32,000 nucleotides of DNA, from assembly GCF_000010065.1 (NCBI RefSeq), contig NC_006576.1, positions 1,560,001-1,592,000 on the forward strand, given 5' to 3'. Of this stretch, positions 15,956-24,760 are shown one piece after another. The position numbers were made by a program, and so were the translations under genes. Under the pieces are notes generated by a model. The model was not told the origin of the DNA. It worked only from the letters and a program-made list of their open reading frames with translations, and ran no database searches. Position 1 is the stretch's first letter, and each line of letters starts with the position of its first letter. The DNA is from Synechococcus elongatus PCC 6301 (lineage in GTDB: Bacteria > Cyanobacteriota > Cyanobacteriia > Synechococcales > Synechococcaceae).

Positions 15956-17359
15956 CTAGTAGGGTCTAGAATTCAAATCCTGCTGCAGTTGCTCAAAGAC
16001 CGATCGCCAATCCCCAGCAATCGCCTGCCGATAGAGCCGCATTGATTGATACCAAGGGGTTTCTGACCCAGTCAGACTCCAGCGCCAATCTGCGAATTTG
16101 GGCAGAAGCAGCCAAGTCGGAATCTCCAAAGCACCTGCCAAATGCGCGATCGCAGTATCCACTGTAATCAGGAGATCCATCTGATTGAGTACAGCGGCAG
16201 TATCGGCAAATGAGTGCATTCGATCAGCGAGATCACAGTCTGCCCAATCCCAGTTCTGGAGGAGTGATTGACGAGCCGGGCCTACTTGCAGGCTCCAAAA
16301 CTGACAATGATTCACCTGCAATCGCAACTGAAGAAATTGCTCTAGCGGCACACTTTTACTAGCTTGTCGCCATTGATAGCGGCGATCGCTGGTCTCTCCA
16401 GCCTGCCAAACAAAGCCAACCTGCAGCTGACGAGGATTGGCTTGGAGTCTGATCTCAGATTGCAGCGATCGCGGCAGATATCCCTGAGCGAGTGGAATTA
16501 CGTCAGCCGTGGCACCGAGTCGTTCAGGCAATGACAACAGTGGCAGATGAAAGTCGTAGGCTGATTCAGTCTCAAAAGTGAATTGGGTAGCAACTTGTAG
16601 ATTAGCGATCGCCAATTGTCGGAATAAATCGACCAATGGCTCACTAACGAGTAATAAGAGCGGTGTTTCTGGCCAGCGATCGTGCAAGACAGATAAGTAG
16701 CGGACAAACTGAATTTGATCGCCGTAACCTTGTTCGCCCCAAATCAATAGCGTTTTATTAGTGAGATCCTCGCCTTGCCAGAGGGGGCAACCAAAACTGG
16801 GGAGGCGATCGCGTAGCTCTGAAAACACCAGCAACCGACTCTCATACTCTGGCGAACCTTGCGACCAATCGCCCAGACCTAACCGCAACTTACTGCGCAG
16901 GAACTGCGACTCAGCGGCTGTCGGATCGAGTTGCAAAGCGCTATCGCAACTCGTTAAAGCCTGTGGCCAGTCCCCCAAACTCTGTAAGGCAACAGCTCGC
17001 TGATGCCAGAGGTCTGCCGTTTGTTCTGAAGCCTGATCGAGCAGAGCGATCGCTTCAGCAAATTGACCTTGCTCATTGAGAACAGCCGCCCAAGCTGCGA
17101 TCGACTGAGGGCAACCGGGCTGGAACTCTAGTACTGCTTGATAAGCCGCGATCGCTTCTTCAGGTTGTCCAGCCGCTGCTAACCAATCTCCCCACCGGCA
17201 CAAAATCTGAGGATTGTCGGGTTCCTGCCAAGCGGCCAATTCAATCAGTTGCAGCGCTGTTGACCAGTCTTGTTGACTCGCGGCCTGTTCAGCCCACTGC
17301 TGCAACTGCACTACAGATGCGGTTTCAAGATCACCAAGAGCAAGCTCTATCAATTGCAA
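15956..17359 (-). CDS. TPR protein with GT9/OGT-like C-terminal glycosyltransferase-like domain
   Basis: 467 aa; TPRs (NPQILCRWGDWLAAAGQPEEAIAAYQAVLEFQPG), LLIWGEQGYGDQIQFVRYLSVL, LLITVDTAIAHLAGALEIPTWLLLPKFADWRW; paralogous to the C-terminal half of the 12002..14368 product. Confidence 0.8.
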   Translation of the reverse strand: MQLIELALGDLETASVVQLQQWAEQAASQQDWSTALQLIELAAWQEPDNPQILCRWGDWLAAAGQPEEAIAAYQAVLEFQPGCPQSIAAWAAVLNEQGQFAEAIALLDQASEQTADLWHQRAVALQSLGDWPQALTSCDSALQLDPTAAESQFLRSKLRLGLGDWSQGSPEYESRLLVFSELRDRLPSFGCPLWQGEDLTNKTLLIWGEQGYGDQIQFVRYLSVLHDRWPETPLLLLVSEPLVDLFRQLAIANLQVATQFTFETESAYDFHLPLLSLPERLGATADVIPLAQGYLPRSLQSEIRLQANPRQLQVGFVWQAGETSDRRYQWRQASKSVPLEQFLQLRLQVNHCQFWSLQVGPARQSLLQNWDWADCDLADRMHSFADTAAVLNQMDLLITVDTAIAHLAGALEIPTWLLLPKFADWRWSLTGSETPWYQSMRLYRQAIAGDWRSVFEQLQQDLNSRPY

Positions 17360-17405
17360 TCGCGGTTATTTCAACCTTTTCATCTTGGCGGATGCCAGTC
17401 AGGGT

Positions 17406-19388
17406 TCAAGGGCGTAGCCAATTGCGATCGAGCAGGGTAGTTCCCGGAAAGGCGATCGGATTGCCCGCATTCACCAGCCGTCGCTGCAGGGCTTCGAGTT
17501 GTGGTTCTTGGCGCGGTAAATCATCGACTAACTCAGCAGGGGTGATTTTCTGTTGCAGCACAAAATCAGCCACAGTTCCTGCGGCTACGCCTGACGACCA
17601 CTCAAAGCTATGGACACGGTAGGCCGCCGCCACGCTGTAACTAAAGGCGATCGCTTTGCCGGTGACGAGCAGATTATCGACCCGTTGCGGAATCATGGCC
17701 CGCAAGGGAATTTGTCCTGGATACGCTAAGCCCTGCGGTAGCCGAACACCAGCTCGTTCAGTATTGCCGGGTTTTTCGGGGGGGGACTGGGTCAGACAGG
17801 GATGAAAATCGAGCGCGTACTGGGTGATGCCAACGGAATCGGGGAAAAGGCGCGGCCGCGGCACGATCGGTAGACTTGCTTCAGAATTCCTTTGCAAGAT
17901 GGCTTCTCGTGCCAGACGCTGCCGCAAGGCTGCATAGTCTTGGGGCGACAGGGTCTCTTGATAGAGCGGATCGGTGTAGTCGGGTCGGGCAATATCGGTT
18001 TCAACCAAGGAAAAGCCTTGGGGATAGGTCGGGGAAGATCGACCGATGAGCCGCCGGCCTTCACGGATGTAGGGATATTTGGAGAGCCCATTCGCCGTTC
18101 CCATCGGTTGATCGATCCCTTGTAAGAGTCGATAGAAGGGAAAGGGCTGTTTGACGTTCGGCCCCAATTGAGAATCGGTGTTGCCTTGAGACAGCCAATA
18201 GAAAAAGGACAGGGCATGTTCTTCGCCCCGCTGCAGGGTTTCGGTGCGCAGACCACCCAGCCAGCCACCCAGTTCTAGTTGACCACTGGCCCGCAATTGC
18301 TCGGCACTGAGGATGAGATTATCGCCGGATGTTCCCGGTCGATAATCATTGCCCCACGTCCAGTTCTGCATGGACCAATCACCGGGCTGCGGAAGGGTGA
18401 CATTGCGTCCGGGCTGCAGCTGTGGCGATCGCGGTTGGGGTGCCCAAATTCGCCGATAGGTAAACAGCGTGTCAGGGTTGGCAAAACGCGACAGTTCATA
18501 ACTGAAGTAAGGCGCGTAGCGATCGTAGAAAGCGGGTCGCTCCGGTTGATAAGCTTCAGGTGTTTGCTCCATGGCAAACGTGTAGGTAAAGCCTTGGGTG
18601 CAGTAGGGGTCGGGCTGAGTCACCGGCGAGGACGGATTCCCCGGCGATCGCGGATCGAGGCCTAGGCGATAAGGGACATCCGCCAGCGGTAACAGTTCTC
18701 CTGTTTCGGTGGCTTCAATCACGAGCCAGCGCTGCGGCTGACCAGCAGGCGGTTGCAGTTGCAGGACGTTCTTCTCCAGCAGCTTGGAATCTTCGAGGCG
18801 ATAGGCATCCTCGATCCAAGCGGAAAGCGGCAGGGTATTGAGGGGCGGGGCTCCGGTAGCCGGTCGATGCTGAATCGCCGTCACCGACTCAATCCAACGG
18901 CGATCGCGATCGAATTGCAGAGATTTAACAACAGTATTCGGCAGCCAATGCAGTTTGCCTTGACCGCGTTGCTCGGCCTCACGCAATTGTGCTTCCAAGA
19001 GTTGAGCCGCATCACGGGGTAAAAAGCAGATCTGGCTGACCCAACAATCACCGGGATTCTCGCGACCATAGAACTGGCGGAGGCGATCGCGAAAGCGTTG
19101 GTAGCCTTGGGGATAAACTTGCAACGTCTGCTGCAGACCGGCTTCATCCAGCGCGGAGGTGCCCTGCGAGGAGACTTGTCCACCCAGCCAATCGGTGATT
19201 TCGGTCAGACAAACTGTGCGACCAGCCAACAGTCCTGCTTCGGCAGCAGCCACCCCGGAGAGCCCACCCCCCACGACTAAAATTTCACAGGTGAGGGTGG
19301 ACTGCGTAGCAGCATTGGCGATCGCGGCAGAACCCAGACTCACTGCCAGTCCGATACTGCCGATCCAGAGCCCGATTGCTCGACCCAT
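17406..19388 (-). CDS. secreted/exported FAD-dependent oxidoreductase
   Basis: 660 aa; N-terminal hydrophobic signal-like region, then CEILVVGGGLSGVAAAEAGLLAGRTVCLTEITDWLGGQVSSQG (dinucleotide-binding GxGxxG-type) and C-terminal VDNLLVTGKAIAFSYSVAAAYRVHSFEWSSGVAAGTVADF. Confidence 0.85.
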   Translation of the reverse strand: MGRAIGLWIGSIGLAVSLGSAAIANAATQSTLTCEILVVGGGLSGVAAAEAGLLAGRTVCLTEITDWLGGQVSSQGTSALDEAGLQQTLQVYPQGYQRFRDRLRQFYGRENPGDCWVSQICFLPRDAAQLLEAQLREAEQRGQGKLHWLPNTVVKSLQFDRDRRWIESVTAIQHRPATGAPPLNTLPLSAWIEDAYRLEDSKLLEKNVLQLQPPAGQPQRWLVIEATETGELLPLADVPYRLGLDPRSPGNPSSPVTQPDPYCTQGFTYTFAMEQTPEAYQPERPAFYDRYAPYFSYELSRFANPDTLFTYRRIWAPQPRSPQLQPGRNVTLPQPGDWSMQNWTWGNDYRPGTSGDNLILSAEQLRASGQLELGGWLGGLRTETLQRGEEHALSFFYWLSQGNTDSQLGPNVKQPFPFYRLLQGIDQPMGTANGLSKYPYIREGRRLIGRSSPTYPQGFSLVETDIARPDYTDPLYQETLSPQDYAALRQRLAREAILQRNSEASLPIVPRPRLFPDSVGITQYALDFHPCLTQSPPEKPGNTERAGVRLPQGLAYPGQIPLRAMIPQRVDNLLVTGKAIAFSYSVAAAYRVHSFEWSSGVAAGTVADFVLQQKITPAELVDDLPRQEPQLEALQRRLVNAGNPIAFPGTTLLDRNWLRP

Positions 19389-19752
19389 GCCTGCACTCCC
19401 CTGCCGCCAAACCGCCTCGATTCTGCCACTGCAGTGGCAAAACTGGCTGATCGGTGCGATCGCGGTTCTCTTCTTCTGGCTGGGGCTGATGCCTCAAGCG
19501 ATCGCGGCTCCTTGTCGCACGATCGCGGGCGATCGCATTTGCATCGAACAAATCACACGCAGTGCCAAAAATCACTGGGAATATCGCCTGACGCTGAGTC
19601 GCAATGGCCAACGGCAAACACCAGCGATCTACAACTGCCGCGATCGCCACTGGCAGCAAGCCGGACAGAGCCAGGCTTTTGTCGAGGATGGCCTTGGAGA
19701 TTGGCTCTGTCGCACCCTTGCAGGTCGAAGCTCGGAGGGCAAGAGGGTATGA
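19387..19752 (+). CDS. hypothetical small exported protein
   Basis: In-frame ATG at 19387 inside ORF 19159..19752: MPALPCRQTASILPLQWQNWLIGAIAVLFFWLGLMPQAIAAPCRT... looks like a signal peptide plus short mature domain. Start uncertain. Confidence 0.55.
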   Translation: MPALPCRQTASILPLQWQNWLIGAIAVLFFWLGLMPQAIAAPCRTIAGDRICIEQITRSAKNHWEYRLTLSRNGQRQTPAIYNCRDRHWQQAGQSQAFVEDGLGDWLCRTLAGRSSEGKRV

Positions 19753-19791
19753 TGGTGAATTGCATGCAATCGAAAGTCTCCGGAGCCGTTC

Positions 19792-20028
19792 ATGTCTCGC
19801 GTCTGTCAATTGACCGGCAAAAAGGCCAATAACGCCTACGCCATCTCCCACTCGCACCGCCGCACCAAGCGCTTGCAAAACGTCAACTTGCAAGAAAAGC
19901 GCATCTGGTGGCCGGAAGGGAACCGCTTCGTCAAGTTGCGGTTGTCGACCAAAGCGATCAAAACCCTGCAGAAGAAAGGTCTCAGCGCCTACGCTCGCGA
20001 GCTGGGCATTGACCTCAAGCGCCTGTAA
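19792..20028 (+). CDS. rpmB: 50S ribosomal protein L28
   Basis: 78 aa; [64 protein letters not shown]. Confidence 0.98.
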   Translation: MSRVCQLTGKKANNAYAISHSHRRTKRLQNVNLQEKRIWWPEGNRFVKLRLSTKAIKTLQKKGLSAYARELGIDLKRL

Positions 20029-20056
20029 GCTTGGCCCAGTTTCTGACCTCTCCGCT

Positions 20057-20090
20057 AGCCCGCTGTTCTGACGAGAACGACGGGCTTTTT
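20057..20090 (+). terminator. rho-independent terminator of rpmB
   Basis: AGCCCG-CT-GTTCT-gacg-AGAAC-GA-CGGGCT followed by a T-run. Confidence 0.85.
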
Positions 20091-20137
20091 CATGTTTGAG
20101 GAGACTTGTCTGCTGCACCACAGAGCTGAGGCTAACT

Positions 20138-21442
20138 TCAGGAACGCCACCAGCAGTAGAGCAGCGCAGCAGACAGTTGCAAAATGACCGTCGGGACGCC
20201 GTAGGGCAGCCAGTCACGGAAGTGAATCGGAGTGTCGTGCTGGCGAGCAATTCCAGCACCGACTAAGTTGGCAGAGGCGCCGATCAACGTAGCATTGCCC
20301 CCCAAGGTGCCGCCAAACATCAGGGCAAAGAACAGCGGATAAGCCTGCGGGGCGATCGCATCAGGCGCGATCGTGAGACCGGCTGTCTGGCAATAGCTAA
20401 TCAAGACCGGCGTTAGCGCTGCCACCAAAGGAATGTTGGGAATGAAAGCCGAGAGCACGCCCGTCAGCAGCAGCAATAGCAAGCTCCCCTGGAGAATATT
20501 GGTCCCGATCAGGGTCGTCAGGCCTTGAGCCAGCAAGACCATAGCGCCACTCGTTTGCAGACCACCAATCAACACGAAGACCCCCATGAAATAGACCAGG
20601 GTTGACCAATCGATCGCAGCGAACAGACGATCGACCGTGATCAGGCGACTTTGATGGCAGATGGCGAGTGCTGCAGCTGCTCCAGCCAGCGCCGTTGCAT
20701 CAGGACTCAGCGGCACAGGCAACATCTCGCCGACGGTGAACGAGACCAGCATCACCACCGTCACGCCTAAAAGCATTCGCATGGCCTGTCGATGATGGGG
20801 GCGGGGCGGAGTCAAATCAGGCACTGGAAAGCGTGCCGTCCAAATGCTGCGATAGAGCCAAGGCAAGGTCGGCACTATCACCAGCAAGCTAATCAAGCCA
20901 CCCAAACTGAGCTGTGAGAAATATTGGCCAAAGCTGAAGCCAAGACCCGTCGCCACGATATAGGTCGCGGGATCTCCCACCAAAGTCAGAAGCCCAGCAC
21001 TGTTGGCCGTCAGCACCAGCAACAGTAAGAGCGGGCGTGGGTCGAGCTTCAACTCCTTCGCCAAGGGCGGCAACAACGGTGCCAACAGCATGACGGTGGT
21101 TGCGTTGGGCAAGACCGCGCAAATGGGGCTGGTCAGCAACATAATCCCCAGTAAGAGACGGCGGCCATCCCCCCGTGAGGCTAGGACAACGCGATGGGCG
21201 AGACCATTAAAGGCTCCCGTTGCCTCTAGGGCTTGCACCAACACCATCATCCCGAACAGCAGGGCCAAGGTCCCGTGTGCCTTAGCAATACTCGCTACAG
21301 CCTCGGGCATCGTCAGCTGCCCCGTCAGGACGAGTAGCATCGCTCCGACCAGGGCGACTACCGTGAGATCGGTCAGTTCAAAGGAGGCAGCCAGAATCAC
21401 CGCCACAAAAATTGCGATCGCCAAGACTGCAGCGAGGCTCAT
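20138..21442 (-). CDS. ArsB/NhaD/SLC13-like permease (ion transporter superfamily)
   Basis: Hydrophobic multi-TM protein: VVALVGAMLLVLTGQLTMPEA, SPICAVLPNATTVMLLAPLLPPLA, NSAGLLTLVGDPATYIVATGLGFSF, GGTLGGNATLIGASANLVGAGIA. ORF track starts at 21538; MSLAAVL at 21442 is the likelier start. Confidence 0.85.
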   Translation of the reverse strand: MSLAAVLAIAIFVAVILAASFELTDLTVVALVGAMLLVLTGQLTMPEAVASIAKAHGTLALLFGMMVLVQALEATGAFNGLAHRVVLASRGDGRRLLLGIMLLTSPICAVLPNATTVMLLAPLLPPLAKELKLDPRPLLLLLVLTANSAGLLTLVGDPATYIVATGLGFSFGQYFSQLSLGGLISLLVIVPTLPWLYRSIWTARFPVPDLTPPRPHHRQAMRMLLGVTVVMLVSFTVGEMLPVPLSPDATALAGAAAALAICHQSRLITVDRLFAAIDWSTLVYFMGVFVLIGGLQTSGAMVLLAQGLTTLIGTNILQGSLLLLLLTGVLSAFIPNIPLVAALTPVLISYCQTAGLTIAPDAIAPQAYPLFFALMFGGTLGGNATLIGASANLVGAGIARQHDTPIHFRDWLPYGVPTVILQLSAALLYCWWRS

Positions 21443-21678
21443 AGCAGAACGACCTAGAGAATGAGGACAGCTGGAACTACGACAAGCCTTTGCTTCGGTC
21501 AAGACAAGCAACAATCCATCTCGCTTGCGAAGCTGCATGAGGATTGAGGATTGCGATCAGACGCTAGCACGAATTTTTAGAGTTGACTACAAGCAAATCG
21601 AGTGTCATAGGAATAGACGGGTTCTATGGATTTGCGATCGCGGCTAGGTCTCAATTGATCACGATAATCAGAGCCAAC

Positions 21679-21739
21679 CCGAATTCAATTCGGATTGACT
21701 TAAGTTCCAAAGTGAATCCTCAAACTTACAGTTTGGAAC
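21679..21739. repeat. pair of inverted repeats in the intergenic region upstream of the permease gene
   Basis: CCGAATT-C-AATTCGG (21679-21693), then GTTCCAAA (21704-21711) ... TTTGGAAC (21732-21739). Confidence 0.6.
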
Positions 21740-21875
21740 CCTAAAAAGAGCTATTAGAACTCAGGATTATATCCCCAAATCTAACGATCGCGAGTCAACT
21801 TTTATCTCTTGATTGAAGTCTATAAAACAGTCTCGTCAGCTCTCCAGAACGAGCATCTTCGACCCCTTGCTAGCA

Positions 21876-22253
21876 TCAATCCGCACCCGTTAACTTCCGC
21901 GATCGCCGCAGAACCAAGCTGACATCACCACTAAAGTCAGGAATGGGAGGGGCCAGTTTCCGCAACGTCAGTTCCAATTCCGGTAGGGCTGGAAACTGCT
22001 GAAACAGGCGATCGCAGAGATCAGCCGCCAATCGCTCGATCGTGCGAAAGCGACTCTGGCGAATCCCCGTTTGCACGACCTGTACCGCTTGGCTGTAGTC
22101 GAGGGTGTCGCCGAGCTGATCGCTGTCCCCAGCAGGCTGAAGATCGACCCAGACGCGCAAGTCCACCTCAAACCACTGGCCCAGTTCTTGCTCGGCATCA
22201 AAGAACCCCGTGTAGCCGTAGGCGCGAATGCCGCGCACCACCAACACATCCAT
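21876..22253 (-). CDS. folB: dihydroneopterin aldolase
   Basis: MDVLVVRGIRAYGYTGFFDAEQELGQWFEVDLRVWVDL...GDTLDYSQAVQVV...TIERLAADLCDRL...VSLVLRR; likely start 22253 rather than 22292. Confidence 0.92.
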   Translation of the reverse strand: MDVLVVRGIRAYGYTGFFDAEQELGQWFEVDLRVWVDLQPAGDSDQLGDTLDYSQAVQVVQTGIRQSRFRTIERLAADLCDRLFQQFPALPELELTLRKLAPPIPDFSGDVSLVLRRSRKLTGAD

Positions 22254-22337
22254 CACGCTCTCCGATCGCCTTGCCAGTCCTGATTCTGCCAAAGGAGTTG
22301 GTCCGTCTGACCAGCGCAGCGACCGGAGTTTGTCGCC

Positions 22338-23753
22338 CTAGAACCACTGGGCATGGAAAGAGCCAGAGCGATCGGTGCGTTCGTAGGTATGAGCGCCGAA
22401 GTAGTCGCACTGAGCCTGGGTGAGGTTTTGGGGCAGGCGATCGCGCCGGTAGCTGTCGAAGTAATCCAGGGAAGCACTGAAAGCCGGAACCGGAATTCCT
22501 CGTTCTGCCGCGATCGCAATCACGCGCCGCCAAGCCAACTGGCGATCGAGAATCGTCTGCCGGAATTCGGGTGCCAGCAACAGATTCGCCAGCGTTGGGT
22601 CAGCATCATAGGCCTGCTTAATCTTGTTGAGGAAACCCGCCCGAATGATGCAGCCGCCTTTCCAAATCCGCGCCAGTTCACCTAAATTCAGACCGTAGTT
22701 GTAGACCTGGGAGGCTTTGGCTAGCAGCGCCATGCCTTGGGCATAGGAGCAAATTTTCGAGCAGTAGAGCGCATCGCGCACACTGTCGATAAAGGCTTGG
22801 CGATCGCCACTGAAGGGCTCGGTAATCGGTCCTGAAAGAATTTCAGAAGCTGCCTGACGCTCGGCTTTGATCGAGGACAGGATGCGGGCGTTGACAGCAG
22901 CAATGATGGTTGGAATCGCAACGCCAATTTCCAGTGCCGTTTCCACCGTCCAGCGACCGGTTCCTTTTTGACCAGCGGCATCTATAATCAGCTCGACCAA
23001 GGGCTGACCAGTACCCAAGTCATCGACTTTGGTGAAAATATCCGCCGTGATTTCAATCAAGAACGAGTCGAGTTCCGGCGTTTTGTTCCAGGCGGCGAAG
23101 ACATCATGCAGTTCACTGGCATTGAGGCCTGCCACCGATTTGAGGAGGTCATAGGCTTCGGCGATCAGCTGCATATCGCCATATTCAATGCCGTTGTGCA
23201 CCATCTTGACGTAGTGCCCAGAGCCACCAGGACCGATGTAGGTAACGCAGGGGCCATCGTCGACTTGGGCAGCAATGCTGCGCACGATCGGCTCCACGGC
23301 TTCGTAGGCCGCTTGGGTGCCCCCCGGCATCAAACTGGGGCCATTCAAAGCCCCCTCTTCGCCACCACTGACGCCCATCCCCATGAAACCCAGACCTAGC
23401 GCTTCTAGATCTTTGACGCGGCGCTCGGTGTCGGTAAACAGTGAGTTGCCCCCATCGATGATCAAGTCACCGGGATCTAGCAGGGGTTTGAGCTGCTCGA
23501 CCACGGCATCCACCGGGCCGCCCGCTTTAACCATCACCAAAATGCGGCGCGGACGTTCCAAGCTGGCAACAAAGTCTTCCAGACTGTAAGCCGGCACAAT
23601 GTTCTTGCCTTGGGCGCGATCGGCCATGAACGCTTCAGTCTTTTCGGCCGTGCGGTTATAGACCGTCAAGGAAAAACCGTTGCGCTCAATGTTCAGGGCG
23701 AGATTCTCACCCATCACCGCCAGCCCGATGAGGCCGAACTGTTGCAGTGCCAT
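22338..23753 (-). CDS. gnd: 6-phosphogluconate dehydrogenase (decarboxylating)
   Basis: 471 aa; FGLIGLAVMGENLALNIERNGF, GGNSLFTDTERR, GMGVSGGEEGALNGPSLMPGG, HNGIEYGDMQLIAEAYDLL, RRDRLPQNLTQAQCDYFGAHTYER. Confidence 0.98.
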   Translation of the reverse strand: MALQQFGLIGLAVMGENLALNIERNGFSLTVYNRTAEKTEAFMADRAQGKNIVPAYSLEDFVASLERPRRILVMVKAGGPVDAVVEQLKPLLDPGDLIIDGGNSLFTDTERRVKDLEALGLGFMGMGVSGGEEGALNGPSLMPGGTQAAYEAVEPIVRSIAAQVDDGPCVTYIGPGGSGHYVKMVHNGIEYGDMQLIAEAYDLLKSVAGLNASELHDVFAAWNKTPELDSFLIEITADIFTKVDDLGTGQPLVELIIDAAGQKGTGRWTVETALEIGVAIPTIIAAVNARILSSIKAERQAASEILSGPITEPFSGDRQAFIDSVRDALYCSKICSYAQGMALLAKASQVYNYGLNLGELARIWKGGCIIRAGFLNKIKQAYDADPTLANLLLAPEFRQTILDRQLAWRRVIAIAAERGIPVPAFSASLDYFDSYRRDRLPQNLTQAQCDYFGAHTYERTDRSGSFHAQWF

Positions 23754-23927
23754 AGGAAAATTCCTGCTAGGACAACGAATGACCTCAGGTTAGCCTGCCA
23801 ATTTGGGGTTCTCTGGCAACCTCTTTAGACTTTCTTTGCGGGGATCACGGCGGCGATCGCGGATTTATTTACAGATCAGAGAAAAATTGAATGCCTGGGG
23901 GTGGATTCTTGACGGCGATCGCACCGG

Positions 23928-24404
23928 TCAGGCCCTGATGACGGGGGCAAGCTTGTGCGAATACTCCCCTTGGAAGCGCAGCAAAATCTGCTGGTGGGGC
24001 GCACCGATCGCTCGTTCCTGCTGTAAACGGGGCGAGAAAACTCGACTTTGGGCGATCGCGGCGGCGTCGACGAGGCAGAAATCCTGCCCTTCGCCGAGCC
24101 GCAAAGTCGATAGTTCACAGGTCAAAGGCACATGGAAGAGGTAGCGAGTGACCCTTTCTTCTGTTTCCGTCCAGAGTGGGGTTGCGGCGGAGGGGTAGTA
24201 GCCAATCTCTTCTTGGAGTTCGCGATAGAGGGCGGCAAGGGGAGTTTCATCCGGTTCTAAATGGCCGCCAAATAAGCCCCACTTCCCCGGATAGAGGATC
24301 CCATCTAAGTCATCACGCAGCTGCAATAACCACTGTTGACCTTGGGTGATGATTGCGAGAGCCACCTCTGGGGTAGACGTCGTTGCAGCAGGCTGAATCA
24401 ACAT
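23928..24404 (-). CDS. NUDIX hydrolase
   Basis: 158 aa; Nudix box GHLEPDETPLAALYRELQEEIGY. Confidence 0.9.
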   Translation of the reverse strand: MLIQPAATTSTPEVALAIITQGQQWLLQLRDDLDGILYPGKWGLFGGHLEPDETPLAALYRELQEEIGYYPSAATPLWTETEERVTRYLFHVPLTCELSTLRLGEGQDFCLVDAAAIAQSRVFSPRLQQERAIGAPHQQILLRFQGEYSHKLAPVIRA

Positions 24405-24556
24405 GGCGATCGCAACCGTTTAGGAGCCGAGGATAAAGCTCTACAAAAGTTTAGCGTTGTGCTGACTGACTCTGGTTCAGAGCAAAATCGTGCCCTAGGT
24501 AACGATTTGTTAGCCTTGTTGTCGCTACTTTAATCGCACAATCATCTGTCTTTCTT

Positions 24557-24760
24557 ATGGAAACGCAACGACAACATATCGGTCGCTGGATCGTCATTCT
24601 CAGTCCTGCAGTTGCCAATATTGAAGATCATCAAGTTCGTGTTTTGGATTGCCGGAGCGATCAGCTTTCGGTGAAGTCTTTCCCTCAGCTGGAATTAGCT
24701 CGTCACTATTTCGATCAACTCCTCCATCTCTATCGCTGCTGGGATCGACAGACGGCTTAG
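24557..24760 (+). CDS. hypothetical small protein
   Basis: 67 aa ORF in an otherwise empty gap; no recognisable family. Confidence 0.4.
   Translation: METQRQHIGRWIVILSPAVANIEDHQVRVLDCRSDQLSVKSFPQLELARHYFDQLLHLYRCWDRQTA

Noticed and set aside
17260-19280. Overlapping plus/minus ORFs inside the FAD oxidoreductase (e.g. 17792..18268, 18279..18665, 18753..19022)
   Set aside because: The 660-aa oxidoreductase explains the region; the alternatives carry no recognisable motifs.
19285-20259. 324-aa minus-strand ORF antisense to the small exported protein and rpmB
   Set aside because: Antisense to rpmB and its terminator, no conserved motif; an open frame caused by composition.
20397-24533. ORFs antisense to the permease, folB, gnd and NUDIX genes (21003..21464, 22353..22685, 22968..23399, 23317..23589, 24336..24533)
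   Set aside because: Shadow ORFs of high-GC coding sequence.
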